Shown in pieces: positions 1-13,850 of a DNA stretch of 64,000 bases. A program made the translations under genes and the position numbers. The stretch's first letter is position 1; each line of letters opens with the position of its first letter. Source of the DNA: Octopus sinensis (Eukaryota); contig NC_043015.1 of assembly GCF_006345805.1 (NCBI RefSeq), forward strand, positions 44,702,001 to 44,766,000. The letters are read 5' to 3'. The notes under the pieces are model-generated. The model searched no databases, was not told where the DNA came from, and saw only the letters and a list, made by a program, of their open reading frames with translations.

Positions 1-175
1 GGAGTTTAGCAGCATTTCGTCCGCCTTTGCGTTCTGAGCTCAAGTTTCACCCAAGACCACTTTACCTTGCGTATTTTTAAGAACGATAAAATAAATGCCA
101 TTCAAACTCTGGGGGTCGATGTAATCGATTTCGTCACCTCTGAAAATTGCTGATTTTATACCAAAATAAGAAAAG
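1..175 (+). mobile_element. Degraded family A SINE (5' part outside window)
   Basis: Resembles family A body (gcatttcgtcc...ttctgag...ggggtcgatgtaatcga) with the alternative tail aaattgctga...ccaaaa. Confidence 0.6.
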
Positions 176-1121
176 AGTAAATTATAGTAAGATCCACTCT
201 GTACGGGTTTAACCTCAAGAAATTTCACACATGACCTTCAGTGTCTCTTCCGCTATTTCATTGCGAAATTTCCAAAATGAAATGCGATACCATAATTCTA
301 GGAAAAGAACTAGATGTGACTTGGTGCTAGCTGTCTCCCTAAATAATAAAAAGCAGCTGCATACAATTCACGTGCATTTCTTTATCATTGAAGGCATATA
401 TATGAGAAGATGTCACGTACTTCAATATTGCACATTTAAGTAGAATGCTAATATTCAATATTAAAGTTGTATTGTGATTTCGTGACTAGATGACACGAGG
501 ATTTCTGAATAAATTTGATATCAATCAACATTTCGTTTCTATTTGCATTTACGATGACATGAATCTCAACCAACGATTTCGGCAATATCTCCTATTATAG
601 TGCAAAATATAATAGGAGTCAGCAAAATTTATGAACAAACACAATAATATATATTTATAAGCAATGTATTAATTAGTGAATAGACTCCTCAAAAAAAACT
701 ACTATAATATTTCTATATAAGTAATGCAAATAGGTGCAGGTATGGATGAGTGGTAAAGCTGCTCGTTTAGAAATGTCATTTCAGGTTCAAGTCAGCTGTG
801 CGGACCGTTGGTCAAGTGTCCTCGCCTAGTGAGAGAAATTGGTAGACAGAAACAGTATGGAGGCGTTTTGCACACACACACACCTGCACTCAAACACCTA
901 CGCATGTATGTGCGTGTACGTGCATTTTTCTGTTGGTTTGCTTATGTCACCGTGTACTAATTTCTCGGCAAATGAGGTCGACATGTTGCATGCAAGTTTT
1001 AACAACATAACTACTGGGTGCGATCTGTTTAACTGCATCCTTCCAGGTGATGCCATAGCAAGGCCTTAGTCAAGTGTGTGAAATATGTAAAAGATAAAAT
1101 ATTTAAAATATCCCCTGTTGC

Positions 1122-1259
1122 TACCAAATCCACCCACAAGGATTTTTTCGGCCCAAGGCTATCGCAGAAGACACTTGCCCAAGGCGCCACGCAGCTGGAC
1201 TGAACCTGGAGCCATTTGGTTGGTAAGCAAGCTACTTACCACACAGCCACTCCTGCGCC
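1122..1259 (-). mobile_element. Family B tRNA/CORE-like SINE, 5' half
   Basis: Reverse complement starts ggcgcaggagtggctgtgtggtaagtagc (A-box-like) and includes ggcgccttgggcaagtgtctt, resembling the CORE domain of octopus OR-type SINEs. Confidence 0.85.
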
Positions 1260-2555
1260 AATAGGTTCAAGAATAATATATATCTACCATTTCTACCGTA
1301 TATGTATCAACCATGTCTAACATATAAGAATAACATCTACCATGTAAGTTTAAAGAACAATATATTATATTATGGATAACTGCCTTATATCTCATAATAT
1401 TTTTAACACCATAGATGACAATCTAAATTTCTGTATTGAAAATAACAGGTACTAAAAACACTTTACAACAAAAATTCTACTCGAACTTATGAGCTTGAAA
1501 ATAATCAAATTTTATGTTATATACCAATGATATTGTCATCAACCGCTACTCAAATAAGTAAACAGTAAAAATCAACATGGAAGGATATAGCACTACAGCA
1601 GAAAAGAACCAAGAAGAGGGCTTTAAATAAATGAGATAATATACATTTTATTATAAGGAGTAACAGAAAAGTTTAAAAAAAGAAAGACACGAAATAGGTT
1701 TTTAAGCGGGTAACAAAAGGAATCTACTATGAATTAAATGGAAATAAAATATCTATAGAAAACCGGATTTGACTTAAAGAGAAATAAGTACAACAAAGGA
1801 AAGAGACTAAGTGTTATCATTATAAAGAAGATGATTGGGCCTCCACTGTAAGTAGCTGTGTTTCTTTTTAAACACCATTAGTTATATTTTTCGCTATTAT
1901 TGTATTGCAATATTTTACGGTATAAGTCTATTTAGAACACCTGTTGCTCTTCAGAATCACTGTAGCAGGATAAACTTACTTAGATAAACTTAGATATGTT
2001 TCGACCAAAGATTGGTCCAGGCCATGTCTAACTTAATAGCACCACCTGATAGGATTATTCGAATCCTGTTTAAGTCGAGTTTTGTTTAAGTCAAGCTTTG
2101 TTCAAGTAGTGAGTTCTTGTTGGGTGAGTTGTATCAAGTTTTGTTCAAGTAGTGAGTTCTTGTTGAATGAGTTGTATCCAATTATGGGTGGCTTATCTGG
2201 TATTCTTTGAAGGAATCTATCCAGACTCCGTTTAAAGTTGAGGGTATCCTTTTCCTCTTTGATCTCCCTCGGGACAATGTTAAATAGGGCAGGGCCTGTT
2301 GAGGAAAAGAAATTATGTTGCAGTGTACATGTATGTTGTGATCTTGAATTGGGCAGGGGACGTATGATTTTTTTTTTATATATATCATTTGTGTAATATA
2401 TACAATTTTACACCACTTTGTGTTAAAACACTATAAGAAAGTTAACAATGAAGATTAGTGTAAATCATGTGTGAATACGAGGGTATACACGAGTCAAGGA
2501 GGATAAAGGTATATAAACGAGTCAAGGAAGATAAGATATTTACATGAGAGAATGT

Positions 2556-2718
2556 AGACCGAGGGGACAAAAAAGGATAGACAAAGGGATTAAGTCGATT
2601 ATGTCGACCACAATGCGTAACTGGTACTTAATTTATCAACCCCGAAAGGATGAAAGGCAAAGTCGACCTCGGCGGAACTTGAACTCAGAACGTAACGACA
2701 GACGAAAACTCTATTTCA
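2556..2718 (-). mobile_element. Family A SINE, single 5'-truncated unit
   Basis: Matches the 184-bp unit seen at 37049-37774 and starts at the array junction remnant gaaatag. Confidence 0.85.
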
Positions 2719-3621
2719 CGAAGCAATGAGGATAGGGGTGCATGAGTCAATAAGGATAAGAGCACATACACGAGTCAAGGGGAATACACGAATGTACAGG
2801 ACCTAATGAAGATAGGCGTTCAATAAGGATCAATAACCTATAACTAGCAGCCAAATATCCTTAAATTTGGAACCTAACGTCATGGAATTATAAAGACAGT
2901 GTACAAAGTAGTGTCATGTATACAAATAGTCGTGATGGTCATGACTGGAATATCGTGATTTGAGATAAGAGGAGTGGAATATATTAGCGTAGACGATATT
3001 TTGAGGATATGTGTCGTTTCGAGCAGCGATTTATCGTTGTTATATTTCATTTCAGCATTTGGGAGTTTAGTGCAAAAGAGACAATGCGTTGGAGAAAGAT
3101 AGCAGATGCAATCTATTTAATTTTCCTGAGGCAACTGAGAACATGTGTTGATTTGATGTATCATTTTGATATATGAAACCGTTGCACTCGCTTTTGCTTC
3201 ATTGTTGAAGTTATCAGAAGATTTAATGAACACGTTCATTAATGAAGTTTGAAATTACGAATGAGAAAGAAAGTAAAACATAAAAGTATGTAGTAAAATA
3301 TTATAAGGAAAATAGATATAGAGAAAAAGAAAAACAAGAGCGATGATTAAAAACAAAGACGATAAACAAGTGGCAGAAAGAATGTTTTTCAAAAATAACT
3401 ATAAGAAAATTCACAGAACGAAAAAAAAAGTAATGAATAAAGAAATTGTTTTTAAAAAAATCAATAAATAAAAGCACATAGAGAGGCTAATTACGTTCCA
3501 ATGATTAAAGAAGCCATCTGAAAAACGAAGATATAGTGATCAGAATATTCGATAGTTTGGACAATTTTTAGTTGCTCATATGATAAACTTGATACGAAAG
3601 GTCGTATCAAGTTTATCGTGA

Positions 3622-4080
3622 TTATAATTATTATTATTATTGCTGTTGTTGTTGTGGTTGTTGTTGTTGTTGTTGTTGTTGTTGTCTTCTCAGAGCGTTC
3701 GGTCTTGTTTGTTCTGGTTGGTTCCGTGAGAGCGGGCAGTATGTAGCCTGTTGTCAGAGGCTTCATAGGGTCTCTTTCCGCTCGCCAAGATCTTTGATAA
3801 TTAATTGATTGTTAATTATCGTGGAAGATATTCAACACCCAAGTACCAGTCCCCAAATCCTAGCTGCCCAGCAGAGCAGTTTTTTTTTTTGGTGGTGGGG
3901 AGTGATCTTGCTCTGCTCTCATGTCAATTCCGATTTCTCTGACATATTTCACGAATTTGGTTGCTAAAGCTCCGCGTACCCTGACAACCACTAGGATAAC
4001 AGACACTCTCTTCATAGTCAACATTCTCGTAATTTCGCCTTTCAATAGTCTGTACGTTTCCATCTTTTCTAGTTCTTTGT
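3622..4080 (-). mobile_element. Dong/R4-clade non-LTR retrotransposon 3' end
   Basis: Minus frame YRLLKGEITRMLTMKRVSVILVVV...KTALLG(T)ARILGLVLGC* resembles the C-terminus after the RLE endonuclease; followed by a 3' UTR and (AAC)n/(AAT)n tail. Confidence 0.8.
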
Positions 4081-4129
4081 CACTTATGCGCGTATAATCT
4101 TGGTTTTCGTGTTTCCTTTATCTATCACA

Positions 4130-4165
4130 ACAATTATTATTATTATCATTATTATTATATTATTA

Positions 4166-4227
<62 letters not shown>

Positions 4228-4315
4228 TATTATCATTATTATTATATTATTATTATTATTATCATTATTATTATTATTCATTATTATTATTATTATTATT
4301 ATTATCATTATTATA

Positions 4316-4351
<36 letters not shown>
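4130..4351. repeat. (ATT)n microsatellite
   Basis: Direct reading; acts as tail/target of the adjacent Dong-like end. Confidence 0.95.
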
Positions 4352-4355
<4 letters not shown>

Positions 4356-4565
4356 TAGTTTTATTTTTATAGCGTGCCTTCACTTCACTACCGAGCGCAG
4401 CTCTGTGTGCCTTGGGTATGTGCTGTGATTTGTTGTGATGCTCTGATGGTTATTGTATGGAAAGTGCTCTGCGTAGGATGTGTGCAGTGCCTAGTAGTGC
4501 AATTTTCTGTATGTTATATGTGTTTGTAAGTCCTGGGGTTTTTGTTATGTATTTGTCTGAATATT
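4352..4565 (-). mobile_element. Second Dong/R4-like 3' end, 5'-truncated
   Basis: Minus frame KYITKTPGLTNTYNIQKIALLGTAHILRRALSIQ* (stop at 4450-4452); (AAT)n on both sides. Confidence 0.8.
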
Positions 4566-4609
4566 TTTATTATTATTATTATTTTTTTATTATTATTATT
4601 ATTATATTA

Positions 4610-4658
<49 letters not shown>

Positions 4659-5497
4659 ATTATAGTTTTAGTGTTGTTTTTGTTGTTGTTGTTCATATAT
4701 ATTTGCTACGGAGTAGTACAGACGTAGTTCGGAGCGCGCTTTGTGTTTCCCAGTTATAATTGATGTTTTCACACTTTCGTTATCGTTTTATGTGCTAAAT
4801 TCTTGTTCAAATTTGTTAATAAGAACACCAGGAATCTCTTGGCTGCTGTCGTATGGTTACATTCGCCGCGAAACGTGCAATAGTTTGCTTTCATAGAACA
4901 CCCGTCTAGTGTTTTATTTTTCTAAAAAGCAAATCATATACAAGACAGAGTCATTAAATGCCGTCACAGGAGCATCGAAGGTGAGAAACATTTCTCCCAA
5001 CAGTCTTCCTACTGATGAAGACTTTCCACCTCTTCTGTCACCAACTCGCTTAAGTTTAGTATTTCTTCGTTTATTTTTTCCCAGTGCTTTTCCGTTGCTA
5101 TTTTTCAATGATTTTCCAACGAATTCTCGGCGAGGTTATAACCATGAACCGAATGTCCTAACCACAAACTATTTTGATAAAGTGGTACATACCCTTACTA
5201 CACGCTCATTGACAGACACGAACAGACACACCATGTGACGTTAATGAAAATGTTATAGCAATATGCTAACTTCAAAAAACAATGATCTTTGATAAATTAT
5301 GACAGTAATTTTATAATCAATATTTTGTTGTCTAAGAATGAATCTGCTTATTGATATTCTCATTAAATACATCTATTAAAAGTCAGTTACGGTTGTTAAT
5401 AGTTTCATTTCTTTGAAGGTAGGATCCTAGTTTTCAATTCACTTATGCTTTCAACCCCACTTATTTGCCTCTCTATCTCTCTCCCGCTCTTTCTCCA

Positions 5498-5790
<293 letters not shown>

Positions 5791-6068
5791 GTGCAGAAGC
5801 TAGCGAATCAACATGGCGATCTGATTCCGGCCAGAAGTCAAGTCTGTCTGTCTCTTGCTTTCTCATTGCGAAATCTTAATAACCACGTTATTTGAGATGA
5901 CAAAGCGAGGCGTCTATGATCAAATGCCACATCATTCAATGAGTTTGATGTCCGAAAGAATATTATATATTTTTTAACCTAGCTGGCATCAATGTCGTGG
6001 TTAGGACACGCTTAGAGTTATTCAAAGAAATCTGTATATATCTTTGAAATATATAAAGAAATGAGTAA

Positions 6069-6493
6069 GGTGGTGAGCTCGCAGAAACGTTAGCACACCG
6101 GGCGAAATCCTTATTGGTATTTCGTCTGCCGTTACATTCTGAGTTCAAATTCCGCCGAGGTCGACTTTGCCCTTCATCCTTCCGAGGTCGATTAAATAAG
6201 GACCAGTTACGCACGGGGGTCGACATAATCGACTTAATCCGTTTGTCTGTCCTTGTTTGTCCCCTCTGTGTTTAGTCCCTTGTGGGTAGTAAAGAAATAG
6301 AAATAGGTATATCGTCTGCGTTACGTTCTGAGTTCAAGTTCCGCCGAGGTCTACTTTGCCTTTCATCCTTTCAGTGTCGCTACATTAAGTACCAGTTACG
6401 CACTGGGGTCAATTTAATCGACTTATTCCCTTTGTCTGTCCTTGTGTTTGTCTGTTCCCCTATGTTTAGTCCCTTGTGTGCAATAAAGAAATA
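6069..6493 (+). mobile_element. Family A SINE, head plus 2 tandem units
   Basis: tRNA-like head (agctcgcagaaacgttagc), B-box gagttcaaattcc, core gcctttcatccttt..ggtcgat resembling from memory the Deu/Nin SINE domain; unit repeats after aaagaaatag. Confidence 0.9.
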
Positions 6494-6994
6494 ACAAATG
6501 AATATATTTTCATTCTGATCCTACATCAGTATTTTACTAACATTGACGATACACTCCGTTACCTCGCCACATAACTAACACATCTTATTGGCAATGTCTC
6601 TGTTGTTAGACGCTTCTGATGGCCGTCGCTGCTAAATAATAACGCCAGTCGTATACTCTTGCTCTATGTTTCTTTTGATTTGCACTTAATAGCGCTTTCT
6701 GTAACTACATTACCAAATTTGTCTGGTCGTCTTGCCGTCTGATTTTCTTATAACTATATTTATTGCTCACGTAAGAAAGGGAATACATTTATATATTTAT
6801 TCAATGTATGTACATATATAAATAAACATAATACGCGCACGCACACACACACACGCGCACAAACACACACACACACTTATGTACATATATGTATGTAGGT
6901 AGATACATTAACACACATATACCTATATATGCATTTCTATATCTCTGTATGTGTATATATTTGTTTATATATACATACATACAAACACACACAT

Positions 6995-7026
<32 letters not shown>

Positions 7027-7265
7027 CAGAGAGAGAGCGAGAGGGGGGGGAGAAAAAAGGAGGGAGAGAGAATGATGCAAATACACATATAAAACTCGTC
7101 TTCATATGCAGTTTATAACTATATATATATATATACATAAACACACATATATATACATATAGATACATATATACATATAGATACACACACCCACATACAC
7201 ACTCACGCACACACACACACACATATATATGTACATACATATACTTATTGATGTACACATATTTG

Positions 7266-7306
<41 letters not shown>

Positions 7307-7651
7307 ATGTATATATGTATGTATGTATTCCTATTATATACATATATATGAGTTTGTGTATATGCGCGCCTATGTGCGTCGAAATATATTTATATTGTTA
7401 TATTGTTTTCAGTCATTACATCACGACAATTCCGGATCACCATCTTCAAGAGATTGTGTCAAACATATCGACCTCACCACATATTCCAGTCTGCGATTTA
7501 GCTTATCGCTGAATGCCTTATCCAATCGATAGCTGGATTCTTTTTTAGCCAAAATAGCGGATTTAATATCGATCAACGTAAACGAAGACATGGCGACAGA
7601 CAGCCACGAACATAACTTCAGATACATACGACGAATGTATGTGTGTATCAG

Positions 7652-7706
<55 letters not shown>

Positions 7707-8240
7707 TGTGTGTGTATGTGTGTGTGTATGTGTGTGTGTGTATGTGTGTTTGTGTCAGTGTGTGTGTGTGTGTATGCGTGAATACCGATATAGACAGATA
7801 TTCGTGCGTATATGTAAATATATAGTATATATGAGTCGCCTAGATTGACCGCTAAATCCACAAGTTTTTTTTAATTTTTCATTCTCCCTGTTTTAATTCC
7901 TCGTGTTCCTCATTGGAGATTCGATCCCTTCCCTAATCTTCGGATGTTTAGTCGTATATACAACAGCTCCTGTTGGAAACGTGAACTGTAAAATTAATGT
8001 TTTTCAACTTATCGTATTTCGAAACGGGAAAAAAATCACAACCATCTGCATCAATAAATCACTATTGTTCGTGATAGTTGTTTTTATATCTTCCTATATA
8101 TTGAAGCTTACTAACTCCTTACACCTTGATTCTTGGGTCTTACATTTATATATATATATATATATATACATATGCATATGTGTTAGTACTCTTTTGATTC
8201 CACCGTTGTTTTATATATATATATATAATATATATATATA

Positions 8241-8460
8241 GTTAATCCAAACAAGAAAACACAGAAAAAAAGAGAGAAAAACACAGCAATGCAGGACGTG
8301 GAACAATTAAAGTATTATTGACGCTCAGGAAAGAAGGGAAGGAGGGTTTAACGTTTCGAGCGGAGCTCTTCGTCGGAAACAAGGAGAAGGAAAGATCCCA
8401 AGGAGGGAAGACAGAGGAAAAATATTTGAGCTGGTGGTGCTCAAGAGATCACATGTTGAA
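8241..8460 (-). mobile_element. Penelope-like repeat, subfamily P1, with hammerhead-like motif
   Basis: Same repeat at about 19960 and 21850; minus 8346-8380 reads GTTT CCGACGA A GAGC TCC GCTC GAA ACGT T AAAC; abuts (TA)n. Confidence 0.7.
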
Positions 8461-8489
8461 AAAAAAAATATATATATATATATATATAA

Positions 8490-8625
8490 CAATTGCAGCG
8501 TGGAAAGTGTTTATAAGCCATTTAAGAAACACACAAAAACCGTTAGTTTCATTTCAACATTTAAATTTAATTTGTCAAAATATTTTTCTCGCTTTGAGAC
8601 CGCGTCCTGTTCACTGACAAAAACT
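8490..8625 (+). repeat. Unclassified dispersed repeat (inverted copy at about 19520-19655)
   Basis: gtggaaagtgtttataagccatttaagaaacacacaaaaaccgttag... recurs in reverse complement. Confidence 0.75.
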
Positions 8626-8651
8626 TCGTGCTATGCAAATATACATTTCCG

Positions 8652-8684
<33 letters not shown>

Positions 8685-8689
<5 letters not shown>

Positions 8690-8800
8690 GCCTGCTCGCT
8701 TAGCCAGCGGGGTGGCGTCATTCGAAGACTAAAACAATGCGAACGCATTGTGACCAACGATGTGTAACTACATCTGATGGACTGGTCGGTCACGTGATAT
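8685..8800 (+). mobile_element. 3' tail of a family C variant SINE
   Basis: Reverse complement of 23725-23850 (gcctgctcgcttagcca...ggtcggtcacg). Confidence 0.75.
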
Positions 8801-9404
8801 CAAGTGATATATATATGTGTGTGTGTGTGTATATATATATATGTATATATATATTGACATACTAACATTAGTTAGAGCGATATAGATCTATGCATTTATG
8901 ACAGGCCTTATACTGAGAGTCAATAAAACATATATCTAAACGTGTACCTACATTTAATTACGTTCATATAAATACAGTTAAGCGGAACTGACGAAGAAGC
9001 ACATTGACGTAAATAGATCTGTATATTTTCGTAGTCTCAGTAAAATTTAAAGCGGATTTATTCCACATGAAGATTCCACACCAATAGTCTCCTCTGAGTT
9101 AATATTTAATTAATCCACTGCCAGTTTCTTATTACCTATACAAAAGAGTAGCCTTATCTCTCGCCATTTAATAAGCTAATAATTTAATTAGGGAATTGTT
9201 AAAACAGAATAAAAATATCTGGTATTTACAGGTATAGAAATAAATACATAGATGTAGTTTTGTGTATTAATTTTCATATATTTACACAGTAACTTAAAAG
9301 CCGCAGTCCGTGCGGACATTTAAGATAGCTCCCGAGGAGAGCTAATTGGGCCTGGACCCAAAACTAAGAAGAGCTAGAGATTATGACTATAATCACTGAG
9401 CCGT

Positions 9405-9600
9405 TGCGCCTCCACCTTTCAAAATATACTTTTGGTTTATTGGCATATGAATGATGTTTGGATTCAAGATGTCTTTTTAATTTTGAAGGTTTCATTAATC
9501 TCCACAGCCAAAACATTATTGCAAATGAAACAGAGGGGTTGCTCCATACCATCGCTATTATTAAAAGTAAAGCCATCGTATTTTTTTTTCGCATCTTAGG
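9405..9600 (-). mobile_element. hAT Charlie/Buster transposase relic (N-terminal zinc-finger region)
   Basis: YDGFTFNNSDGMEQPLCFICNNVLAVE, frameshift, then MKPSKLKRHLESKHHSYANKPKVYFER, the typical Charlie/ZBED5-like motif. Confidence 0.85.
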
Positions 9601-10242
9601 TGCGTCTCTCTAATTACTAGGTCCTGTTTGAACATACTATGTAGCATCGCCATCTCCGATATTATTTTTGTTACTCAATTTCAGCCATTTATCCATGAGT
9701 AAAAATATTTTTATTTGGAAATATCAATAAAAGAACGTTTCATAAAATAATTATTATGAAATTGTTTAAATAAATACCAACCTCAATCGAATAAAATAGT
9801 AGCAGGCGTTGTTATTTATACACTTAAGGTGAACACTATCATCTAACTAAACTGAAAATACATACGATGTGACTGCACAAGTCGCAACGGCGACTCGTGC
9901 TGTGACATCTTGGGATGTAACTTCTCCGATGACAGCGCTTCAAAATATGATGAAGCGCTGGGTTTTGAAATACAAGTCTCAGGTCTCGTTCTCAACACAG
10001 GTTTCCTCAAAGTGTGACATGTTTGTGCTAAGCTTCCTTGTGTCTGTGGGTCCTCATCAATGACAGCATTTAAAAAAATGTTCTGTAACGATGGCGCATC
10101 ACGTAAAGTATTGTGCGTTTGTGAAATAACATATAAACAGAAATTCAAGTGTTTAAATTTAATTTTCGTGACCCCCATCATTTCACTTGGCGACTCCAAA
10201 TGGATTTGTGACCCATAGTTTAAGAAGCGCCGTGATAGAATA

Positions 10243-10420
10243 TGGCGGCGAACTGGCAGAATCATTAGCTCGCTGTGTCAAACGCTTCGCGGCATTTCGT
10301 CCGTCTTTACGTTCTGAGTTCGAATTCCGCTTGGGCCAATTTCGCCTTTCATCCCTGATCAATACAATAAATTTCTACTTATTTTCCTAATCGATTTATC
10401 TCTTCCACCGAACTTGCCGA
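10243..10420 (+). mobile_element. Degraded family A SINE
   Basis: ggcggcgaactggcagaatc head, gagttcgaattcc B-box, gcctttcatcc core. Confidence 0.75.
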
Positions 10421-11005
10421 GCCTAGTGTTAAAGTTTTAAATCAATATCATATAACAGAACACATCTTCTTTTGTTGTTAGTGTTATTCTTTTCTGACGA
10501 TGTACTATATCTAATTGTACAATAGTTAAGAATCTCTTGAGGAAATATATAAAGAGTATCGTTGCAGACAAAGTAGCTCTCTCTCTCTCCTGCCACAATA
10601 GAAACAGAATGGCATTTTATCGTCTCTCGACAAAATAAACAATAATTACTTCGTCACATAGCAAATGACTTTGTTAGTATACTTATTTATATTCTTCAGT
10701 TTTGTTCCAATTTGGCACGCCATTAGCTTCTTACAGACATGATGAGACAATATTTTTTCGAACTAAACAAACACTTATATGCTTGTTAGCTTATTTACAT
10801 TTACGATGCCGGAACATATAAATACAAGATATGTAAATATAACACGCTATTTACACAAAATTTATTGTTCCTAGACTCTAAGCTGTATGTAAATACCAAA
10901 GGAGGCGTTGTACGCGCAATCCAGAATACTAAATCAGATATAAGAACACTCGTCTCGTCACTACACTTACATAAGTATTTTTCTATGAACGACAGCTTAT
11001 TTTCT

Positions 11006-11409
11006 GGGTTGGCTGTGTGGTAAGTAGCTTGCTAACCAACCACATGGTTCCGGGTTCAGTCCCACTGCGTGGTATCTTGGGCAAGTGTCTTCTGCTATAG
11101 CCCCGGGCCGACCAAAGCCTGGTGAGTGGATTTGGTAGGCGGAAACTGAAAGACGCCTGTCGTATATATGTGTATATATATATAAGTGTGTGTGTATATG
11201 TTTGTGTGTGTGTGTTTGTCCCCCTAGCATTGCTTGACAGCCGATGCTGGTCTGTTTACGTCCCCATCACTTAGCGGTTCGGCAAAAGAGACCGATAGAA
11301 TAAGTACTGGGCTTACAAAAGAATAAGTCCCGCGGTCCATTTGCTCGACTAAAGGTGGTGCTCCAGCATGGCCGCAGTCAAATGACTGAAACAAGTAAAA
11401 GAGTAAAGA
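11006..11409 (+). mobile_element. Family B SINE, near full length
   Basis: Head, CORE-like segment, internal TA/TG microsatellite and tail gcatggccgcagtcaaatgactgaaacaagtaaaagagt. Confidence 0.9.
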
Positions 11410-12135
11410 TAGTTAATGTGAGTTTGAATTTCCATATAATTTCTTTATGTAGACGGTGGTTTTCATAACTCAGTGATTTATATATTAAGTACGAGCACTA
11501 ATCTTGTATCGATTTTATTTTTATATTTAATGAAACTGTATGAAGGCATTGTGGTGTGATCGTACTGTCAGTGGCATTAATTAAATTTTATATTACCGGA
11601 CAAATATCTCATTGTCTCTTCAGCTACAGTTCCAGGTGAAAATTTGCCGCATATCGATCACATTCATAAACTTAGTATATTTAAATCAAATACGGATTAT
11701 TAAATGTACGCAAATATTTTAATATGTTCAAGAAATCAATGGACGAACGTCACGATATCTGTAGAGTGAAATTGTTGCGTGGTCAATGATCAGTGATGAT
11801 ATTTCTCGGTCACATTTGAACACCCATTAGGTATGTATGCATGTATAAATACACAGACACGTACACACACATATATGTATATTTATGTGCATGTGTTTGT
11901 GTATAATTATATGTGTACGCATGTGTGTATATATATGCGTCTGTGTCTCTTACCTTTCAGCTATTAGACTGCGGCCATGCCTTCAGAATCTTTTACAAAG
12001 CCGTTAAATTTCGGGGATGTAAACGATAAAAACATCGGCTGTGAAGCAGTGATAGTGGACAAACACACACATATACACTTATTTTTTCATTATATAAGTC
12101 TTCATCTCTCTATATATTTCCGTATATATATATAT

Positions 12136-12184
<49 letters not shown>

Positions 12185-12634
12185 GTGTGTGTTTGTATGT
12201 GCATCATTGTATGTTATTGTGCGCGTGAATGGGTGCATGTATATATGAATGTTCGTTCTGCGGCGAGGAATTACTACGCAGTCACAGACGGCAATGGATG
12301 TAAGAAGTTTCATTAATTTTAGGATACAAAATAAAAAGATGATTTTACAGCCGTTATTTACCTCGTTCCATATATCACTGATATAGATTTTTGTCATGTA
12401 TCCATTCAAAGTCGATATAATACAAAATATGCAACAATATACTTAATTATAATATTTCCTACAAATCGGCAATGTGTACAACAGGTATAGAACATTGTCG
12501 TTTAAATTGAAAATGAAATCTGTACAGATGATATACATCTCATAAAAATTAATTCTTATGTAGCAAGGAAATACGGTTTCTTTACTATAATATCTAGCAG
12601 GTGCACGAAGATAACCGCAAGTAATAGGAGCAAA

Positions 12635-12676
<42 letters not shown>

Positions 12677-12809
12677 GCAACACTAATAAATGCAATTAAT
12701 ATTATTATTATTTTGTTTTCTACTTTCTTTCCTTCTCTTTGTATGAAACATTAACGTTTCTTTAAATTACACTTCGCAATTAATATTATTAATATTTTTT
12801 TTTATCATA

Positions 12810-13408
12810 GGCGGCGAGCTGGCAGAAACGTTAGCACGCCAGGCGAAATGCTTATTGGTATTCCGTCTGTCTTTACGTTCTAAGTTCAAATTCCGCCGAG
12901 GAGGACTTTGCCTTTCATCCTTTCGGGGTTGATAAATTAAGTACCAGTTACGCACTGGGGTCGAGATAATCGACTTAATACCTATGTCTGTCCTTGTTTG
13001 TCCCCTCTGTGTTTAGCCCCTTGTGGGTAATAAAGAAATAGGTATTCCGTCTGTCTTTACGTTCTAAGTTCAAATTCCGCCGAGGAGGACTTTGCCTTTC
13101 ATCATTTCGGGATCGATTAAATAAGTACCAGTTCCGCCCTGGGGTCTATGTAATCAACTTAGTCGGTTTGTCTATCCTTGTTTGTCCTCTCTGTGTTTAG
13201 CCCCTTGTGGACAATAAAGAAATAGGTACTTCGTCTGCCGTTACGTTTTGAGTTCAAATTCCGCCGAGGTCGACTTTGCCTTTCATCCTTTCGGGGTCGA
13301 TAAATTAAGTACCATTGACGCACTGGGGTCGATGTAATAGACTTAATCCGTTTGTCTGTCCTTGTTTGTCCTTTATATGTTTAGCCCCTTGTGGGCAATA
13401 AAGAAATA
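12810..13408 (+). mobile_element. Family A SINE, head plus 3 tandem 184-bp units
   Basis: aaagaaata at 13032, 13216 and 13400 (184-bp spacing). Confidence 0.92.
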
Positions 13409-13815
13409 AGAATCGTTAGCACTCTGGGCAAAATGCATAGTGGAATTTCGTCTGTTTTTACATTCTGAGTTCAAGTTCTGCCGAGGTTGACATTGTCTTT
13501 CATCATTCCAGGGTCCATAAAACAAGTACTACTTGAACACTGTGATCGATGTAATCGACTTATTCCCTTCCCCAAATTTGATGGTCTTGAGCCAAAATTC
13601 GAAACTAATATCTCTTTTTGATAGGCGATCCGCTGGTAGAATCGTTAGCACACCAGACGAAATGTTTAGCCTCATTTCGTCCGTCTTTACGTTCTGAGTT
13701 CAAATACCACCAATGTCGAACTTGCTTGTCATCCCACCAGTGTGGATAAAACAACTATCAGTTGATGACATACCTTCCATCGAACTTGCTGGCCTGGTGC
13801 CAAAATGCGAAATCA
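13409..13815 (+). mobile_element. Two degraded family A SINEs with alternative tail
   Basis: gaatcgttagcac heads at about 13409 and 13638; both end in gccaaaat...gaaa. Confidence 0.7.
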
Positions 13816-13850
13816 ACATTTCTTTATCATATGGATGAACATTTGCTACA

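Noticed and set aside
7410-7620. Exon-like unique island between microsatellites
   Set aside because: All three plus frames stop after the acceptor; the minus ORF lacks a credible acceptor and any recognisable homology
11790-11830. Box C-like GTGATGA suggesting a snoRNA
   Set aside because: No box D (CTGA) or terminal stem at a suitable distance
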